Positions 59,018-64,000 of a stretch of DNA of 64,000 nt are shown in pieces; position 1 is the first letter of the stretch; every line of letters starts with the position of its first letter. Where the stretch lies: IMG/VR virus record IMGVR_UViG_3300037313_000650, one strand, 5' to 3'. The position numbers and the translations under genes are program-made. The notes under the pieces are model-generated. The model was not told the DNA's origin. It was given only the letters and a program-made list of their open reading frames with translations, and made no database searches. This stretch comes from a virus. Taxonomy: Duplodnaviria; Heunggongvirae; Uroviricota; Caudoviricetes.

Positions 59018-62000
59018 TTAACTATTAATTATATACCATTTTGTACCATTAGATTGTACCCATACCCATCCATAAGCTGATGCAATACTATAAGAAGTAC
59101 CAGCATCTATATTCTCACTAGCAGCAGCAGCTACAGTAAGTGTGTTACCCGATCCATCTATCTTCTTGATAATATATATCTGCCCTGCTCTACCAACAGC
59201 AGTGGGAAGAGTTACAGTAAAACCAGCAGTGGATACATCACACAATATAGTATGATCTGTAGCAACAACTGTATAAGCACCTACCTTAGCAGTAGTATTA
59301 ATAGCTTGTATATGACCCTGACCTGTGATTTGCGCTGTAGCTGTGAGGGTGCTGTTTATAGTTACCCCACTTTGGAAGATAGCTGCACCATTCTTGTCTA
59401 TGGTGAAGGCTGCTAACTTGTTAGCTACGTTAACACCAAATCCACCACCGGGAGCACCAGCCCACATAGCAGATACGAACACCATTCCATTCTGGTCTAC
59501 TGATAAACCTGCAAAGTCAGTGTTAGTAGTACCATACAGTATAATCTTCTGCCCTGCTACCGTTGCTGTATTAGCAGTAGTTTGAAGGGCAGTTGGCAGT
59601 ATTGTAACAGTACTAGTACCTGATGCGTATAAACCACCATTAGCAAGTACATTACCGTTAAACTGACCTATATAGTTTCCTTGACTTGCACTATATCCTG
59701 TTAGTAAAGTAGCTGATGCTGTACTAGATAAAATAAGAGAACCATCCAATCTACTAGTTCCATCATCTACCCATAATGCATAGTTATTTGTACCGCCAGA
59801 GGCTGAATTCTCGATATAGAGAGTAGCAGTGTTGGTAGTAGTAGCTCCACCATCTGTAATGGTCAGAGCTTTGATAGCTAATTGAGCAAACAATGGATGG
59901 GTTCCTGAAGCGGCTTCTGTTACACCTGTTGTACCTATAATTTGAGTAGCGTAAGCAAATCCTACTGAAATATTAAAGTTAGAAGAAGGTCTAATGTTTA
60001 CATAGTTGGAAATATTTGCTGCTCCCCCTATCAGGAGTTGTGATGCAGTATAAGTATTGCCCCCATTAGCAGTAAATGCAGTAAAACCGGGATTTCCTGA
60101 TGTAACAAAACCGCCAGAAGTGATTGTATTAATGACTGACAGGTTTCCATCAAACTGAACATTCCCATTATCTACCCATAGAGCATAATTATTGGTTGCA
60201 CCTGTAGCTGCACCTTCAATATATAAAGTAGCTGAGTTAGTAGTAGTACCAGCACCAGCAGTATTTATAGATAAAGGCTTAATAGCCAATTGAGTAAATA
60301 AAGGATGTGTACCTGATGATGCTTCTGCAACAGTTTGTGTACCTATAATATGAGAAGCATAAGAAGTATTAGCTGATGCTGAAGCACTAATACTATTCCT
60401 TTCCATTATTCTGTATTGTGTATTACCAGATAATAATTGAAGATATGCAGAAGATGAAGGTGAAGTTAAAGAGTTATTTGGAGAAACATTAAGTGAACTA
60501 TTCTCCCCAATAGAGTCTGATGAAAATCCTCCAACAAGATATGTATAACCGTTAAATGTCTTTTGCCCATTAAATCCTTGATTACCTGTGGTAAACAATC
60601 CTCGGGCTGTGATTGAGGCATCGGGGATGTTCAGTGTGGCCGTTCCCCCCAATGCTACAGGAGAACTTGACCAGTTAATATCAGTTCCACTAGTTCCTGT
60701 AGCTAAAGATATAGATGAATTAGCAAGTTTAGCATTGGTAACAACACCTGTATCTATAGTCATAACGGTGCTACCACCACTTATTACTATATCTCCATAG
60801 TCTCCATCAGCAGGAGATGTACCGCTTGTACCAGAAGTCCCACCTAAACCTGATGTTCCATTAATTCCAGATGTTCCATTTATACCACTAGTCCCATTAA
60901 CTCCACTGGTTCCACTTGTACCATCAATACCACTAGTACCTGAAACTCCCGAAGTACCACTTACACCGGAAGTTCCTGCTGCTCCTGTAGCACCGTCTAC
61001 ACCTGATGTACCACTAATACCAGAGGTTCCATTAAGTCCATTAACACCTGATGTTCCGTCTATACCACTAGTCCCATTAAGTCCATTGATTCCTGAACTA
61101 CCACTTGTTCCATCAATTCCACTGGTTCCACTTGCACCATTGATACCTGATGTACCAGAAACTCCTGAAGTTCCAGAAACACCAGAAGTACCTGATACCC
61201 CGCTAGTTCCATTGATACCTGATGTGCCTGAACTTCCAACTACTCCATCTGCACCATTAACTCCAGAAGTTCCAGAGGTTCCATTAACACCACTACCATT
61301 TAATACAATTCTACCAGCAAAACGATTATCTGGAGTCTGAGATACATAAAATGTTACTGAATTATTATCTGCACTTCCTATAACATCTTCTACAAATACA
61401 CCTTTTGGTAAACCAGTTTCATCCCAAAAGAAAGGAACAAGATTAGGTGTACTCATATTATGGGTAAATGTTATAGCATAACGACCACCTGAAGGTATTC
61501 CCCAATCAGTTGTAGCATTGAAAGTCATTTCCTTTGCAGCAGAAATGCCTGATGTACCGCTTGTACCAGAAGTACCAAAGAAAGTACCATCAACACCGGA
61601 TGTACCTGAAGTTCCTGTAGTTCCAGATGTACCAGTGAGACCTGAAGTTCCAGCAGTACCGCTAGTACCTGAACTACCTATTATACCATCTACACCTGAT
61701 GTACCGGATGTACCTGTAAATCCAGAGGTTCCAGATGTACCTGAAGTTCCATCAACAGCCTCATTACCACTATGTCCACCATTTATAACAAGTCTCCCTG
61801 AAAACCTACTATCTGGCACTTCAGGAACATAGATTGTCATATTATTTTCATCTGTTTCTTCTATTATTTCAGCAAATGCACCTCTTGGTTTAGGTGTAGT
61901 GCCTTCCCATATAAAAGGAACTAATTGGTAGCTGTCCAGATTGTGATCGAATGTTATATAATAATAGCTACCTCCATATGTATTAATTGGACCTTGCCAA

Positions 62001-62335
62001 TCTTCAATACTGAATGGTCTGGAAAATCCATCAGGGCTTGTACCAGAAGTACCATCTGTTCCACTAGTGCCTGAAGTTCCATTAATCCCTGAAGTACCCG
62101 AAGTTCCAGAAGTACCATGTCCACCATCTATACCACTTGTTCCAGATGTACCTGAAGTACCGCTTCTACCAGATGTACCTGAAGTACCCTGATAAGCACA
62201 TATCTTCTTAAGTATAGAAATTAAGCTTTCACCCTTATGTGTTTCTACACAAAGGTTTAACCCACAATCAGCTATAATCTCTGATAATTTAAGACCTGTG
62301 CCTTTAACCAGTAAATATTCTTTATTTTCAGACAT
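59018..62335 (-). CDS. long tail fibre with multiple GTS repeat tracts and duplicated modules
   Basis: 1105 aa; GTS tracts; duplicated ITFxHN...VPF-W domain; duplicated SGTHPLF...NNYALWVD domain. Confidence 0.8.
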   Translation of the reverse strand: MSENKEYLLVKGTGLKLSEIIADCGLNLCVETHKGESLISILKKICAYQGTSGTSGRSGTSGTSGTSGIDGGHGTSGTSGTSGINGTSGTSGTDGTSGTSPDGFSRPFSIEDWQGPINTYGGSYYYITFDHNLDSYQLVPFIWEGTTPKPRGAFAEIIEETDENNMTIYVPEVPDSRFSGRLVINGGHSGNEAVDGTSGTSGTSGFTGTSGTSGVDGIIGSSGTSGTAGTSGLTGTSGTTGTSGTSGVDGTFFGTSGTSGTSGISAAKEMTFNATTDWGIPSGGRYAITFTHNMSTPNLVPFFWDETGLPKGVFVEDVIGSADNNSVTFYVSQTPDNRFAGRIVLNGSGVNGTSGTSGVNGADGVVGSSGTSGINGTSGVSGTSGVSGTSGVSGTSGINGASGTSGIDGTSGSSGINGLNGTSGIDGTSGVNGLNGTSGISGTSGVDGATGAAGTSGVSGTSGVSGTSGIDGTSGTSGVNGTSGINGTSGINGTSGLGGTSGTSGTSPADGDYGDIVISGGSTVMTIDTGVVTNAKLANSSISLATGTSGTDINWSSSPVALGGTATLNIPDASITARGLFTTGNQGFNGQKTFNGYTYLVGGFSSDSIGENSSLNVSPNNSLTSPSSSAYLQLLSGNTQYRIMERNSISASASANTSYASHIIGTQTVAEASSGTHPLFTQLAIKPLSINTAGAGTTTNSATLYIEGAATGATNNYALWVDNGNVQFDGNLSVINTITSGGFVTSGNPGFTAFTANGGNTYTASQLLIGGAANISNYVNIRPSSNFNISVGFAYATQIIGTTGVTEAASGTHPLFAQLAIKALTITDGGATTTNTATLYIENSASGGTNNYALWVDDGTSRLDGSLILSSTASATLLTGYSASQGNYIGQFNGNVLANGGLYASGTSTVTILPTALQTTANTATVAGQKIILYGTTNTDFAGLSVDQNGMVFVSAMWAGAPGGGFGVNVANKLAAFTIDKNGAAIFQSGVTINSTLTATAQITGQGHIQAINTTAKVGAYTVVATDHTILCDVSTAGFTVTLPTAVGRAGQIYIIKKIDGSGNTLTVAAAASENIDAGTSYSIASAYGWVWVQSNGTKWYIINS
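60821..62190 (-). repeat. three Gly-Thr-Ser coding repeat tracts separated by globular modules
   Basis: Tracts at about 60821-61290, 61545-61750 and 62035-62190. Confidence 0.85.
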
Positions 62336-62350
62336 AGTTAAAATAAGATA

Positions 62351-62378
62351 AATATTTGGTAGTAGATTACCAAATATT
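62351..62378. repeat. perfect 11-bp inverted repeat
   Basis: AATATTTGGTA-GTAGAT-TACCAAATATT, just upstream of the fibre start codon. Confidence 0.85.
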
Positions 62379-62412
62379 ACCTATAAGTAGTGTATAAAGT
62401 AGACAGTATAAA

Positions 62413-62640
62413 CTAAATATCTTCTATATTATCTTGTTTAGAAATTTCTTCTGGAAGTTCATCATCAAATTCTAATCTTCCTGCAATAGCCTTACTGGAG
62501 AAAGCGTCTTCTATATAAACCCCTAGATCATCAGCTATGCAGGATTGATAGAATAGATCAATTTCATCTTCTTTGAGTACGAATAGATATTCATACACTG
62601 ATACTGAAATTGTTTTGCCTGTGGGTAGTTGGATATTCAT
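62413..62640 (-). CDS. small acidic hypothetical protein
   Basis: 75 aa ORF. Confidence 0.65.
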   Translation of the reverse strand: MNIQLPTGKTISVSVYEYLFVLKEDEIDLFYQSCIADDLGVYIEDAFSSKAIAGRLEFDDELPEEISKQDNIEDI

Positions 62641-62652
62641 TATTATTTTAAA

Positions 62653-64000
62653 TTAAAATCCTCTTCTGTCTGAAACTCTAACACCCCATTCTTTAGCAGT
62701 GTTATCATCCATAGCAGGTAGGTAGGTTAATATTTCTTTTAATACTGGTACTACTTTAAATAGTTTCTTTACAGGTTTTGCTGTTTCCTGTTGTTTTTCT
62801 CCCCATGCTTTAGCTCCTAGTTGTTCAGCAGTAAATCCAAAGAATTGTTGACCAACATTCATTATTAAACTATAGCTATCTTTAATAGAAGAAGTTATAG
62901 GAGCACCGTTACCAAGAATATCTATCCCTGACTTTGGTGAATAGAAGAATGAAATTTCGTCTGTAAGTTTATCTACTTGCTTCCTAATCAAAGCTTTATA
63001 AGCTTTTTCTTCAGAATCATCGTCATCATCTGGAGCAGCTAATCCAAATATCATTAAGAAAGTCATAATTGTAATAGTTCTTAGTTCAGCAGATGTAGCT
63101 TGAACACCTTGAATAAATCTATCTACAAATTCACCTTCTGAAATAAAGTCTTGATTATACGTTCCTAAATCTTCAGCTTCTTTTTTCTTTTCAGCATAAG
63201 CTTTTCTGGCTTCTGCAATTAAATTCTCTTTACCAAATACATTATCAGAAAATGGTACAGCATATCTACCTAACGTTTCAAGGAAATTACTAGCTAAAGC
63301 TCTATAAAACATACGGAATCTACCATATTCATGAGCATGGTGAGATTGACTATATCTAAATTCTCCAAAACGTACATCCACTTGACGAGGAATCCAGTTT
63401 TTAAATGTCATCATAAGTCTCCACCATAGGTTATACTTATAATTAGCTAAATCAAATTCATCTGCTTCACCTAAAGCATCCTTAGCCATAGTTCTAGATA
63501 GTTCTCTAAGTTGCTCTACATCTACAGAGTTTCTTGATATGCCGGGAATTTCTAATACAACTTTTTCCTTTCCTCCTTCGGTTATAGTTTTATATTGGAC
63601 AGCTTTTTTTATACCATATTGATCTTTATATTTTTTAACAAGGTCTTCGAATTTCTTTTCTACTCCTTTTCTTTCGGATGGAGAAAGTGAATATCTGTCA
63701 TAATACTTACTTTCCTGAGCAGCCTTATCTCTAAGATTAACAATTTTACCTTCTACAATTCCTGTATTTTCAATAAGGGCTAAAAAAATATTTGTTTGTA
63801 CTATCTCAGAAGTTTTTCTCATAGGAGACATTAACCAATCTTGTGAGAAAAATTTAGAAGCATCACTTACTGATAATTGAGCAGCTTTATGGGCTTCTCT
63901 ATTTTCAAGATGTGGTTGAAAATAATCTAATAGTGCAGCATTCTTTTTCATATCTTCTGAAGCATAAAAAGCACCAGAAGAAAGTTGAGTCCAAGCCATT
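62653..64000 (-). CDS. C-terminal part of a large helical virion (cargo/ejected) protein, probably truncated by the window edge
   Basis: Frame open to the window edge; mostly helical with a hydrophobic segment (ITIMTFLMIFGLAA); position fits the large ejected proteins of crAss-like phages. Confidence 0.5.
   Translation of the reverse strand, partial: MAWTQLSSGAFYASEDMKKNAALLDYFQPHLENREAHKAAQLSVSDASKFFSQDWLMSPMRKTSEIVQTNIFLALIENTGIVEGKIVNLRDKAAQESKYYDRYSLSPSERKGVEKKFEDLVKKYKDQYGIKKAVQYKTITEGGKEKVVLEIPGISRNSVDVEQLRELSRTMAKDALGEADEFDLANYKYNLWWRLMMTFKNWIPRQVDVRFGEFRYSQSHHAHEYGRFRMFYRALASNFLETLGRYAVPFSDNVFGKENLIAEARKAYAEKKKEAEDLGTYNQDFISEGEFVDRFIQGVQATSAELRTITIMTFLMIFGLAAPDDDDDSEEKAYKALIRKQVDKLTDEISFFYSPKSGIDILGNGAPITSSIKDSYSLIMNVGQQFFGFTAEQLGAKAWGEKQQETAKPVKKLFKVVPVLKEILTYLPAMDDNTAKEWGVRVSDRRGF

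Noticed and set aside
3073-61832. Numerous short opposite-strand ORFs in the track (e.g. 7000..7440, 16592..17059, 57579..58103, 61518..61832)
   Set aside because: They lie wholly within well-supported genes on the other strand and look like antisense shadows; the VP-rich ones simply mirror the GTS codons.
38873-62190. CRISPR or non-coding repeat array suggested by gtagttgtt and gtacc/gttcc periodicity
   Set aside because: The repeats are degenerate codon repeats for poly-Thr and Gly-Thr-Ser inside open frames; there is no constant repeat with unique spacers.
50695-62335. Diversity-generating retroelement or invertible fibre cassette
   Set aside because: No reverse transcriptase or invertase in the window. 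The shared fibre modules are diverged at all base types and are in the same orientation.
1-64000. Stop-codon reassignment (TAG or TGA), known in some crAss-like phages
   Set aside because: Long genes on both strands are intact in the standard code, and TAG and TGA terminate genes flush with downstream starts (many ATGA overlaps). The only split gene has an endonuclease inserted.
1-64000. tRNA or rRNA genes
   Set aside because: Intergenic gaps are short and AT-rich, and no T-loop (GTTCRA) cloverleaf was seen by eye. tRNAscan-SE was not run.

Overview
This 64 kb window is an AT-rich, gene-dense segment of a tailed dsDNA phage, most consistent with a crAss-like (Crassvirales-type) or related phage of a Bacteroidota host. 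The host inference rests on TAnnTTTG promoter elements and A-rich, Shine-Dalgarno-free translation starts. The + strand (1-38840) carries replication, recombination and nucleotide metabolism genes: family B polymerase C-terminus, DnaB, SF2 helicase, primase, SSB-like protein, UDG, rIIA/rIIB, a MoxR-vWA module, ThyA, a dNMP kinase split by a GIY-YIG homing endonuclease, class II RNR, exonuclease, RecA and MazG. The - strand (38873-64000) carries lysis and virion-appendage genes, and the two blocks converge on a bidirectional terminator at about 38840. The most striking feature is in the late block. Four different glycosyltransferase-like genes (TibC/Aah-like, GT4-like, plant HPAT/SERGT-like, GT6) are interleaved with five Cys-rich proteins bearing poly-Thr tracts and three fibres with long Gly-Thr-Ser repeats. 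This suggests a phage-encoded virion protein O-glycosylation system. All family calls are from motif recognition by eye; no database searches were run.
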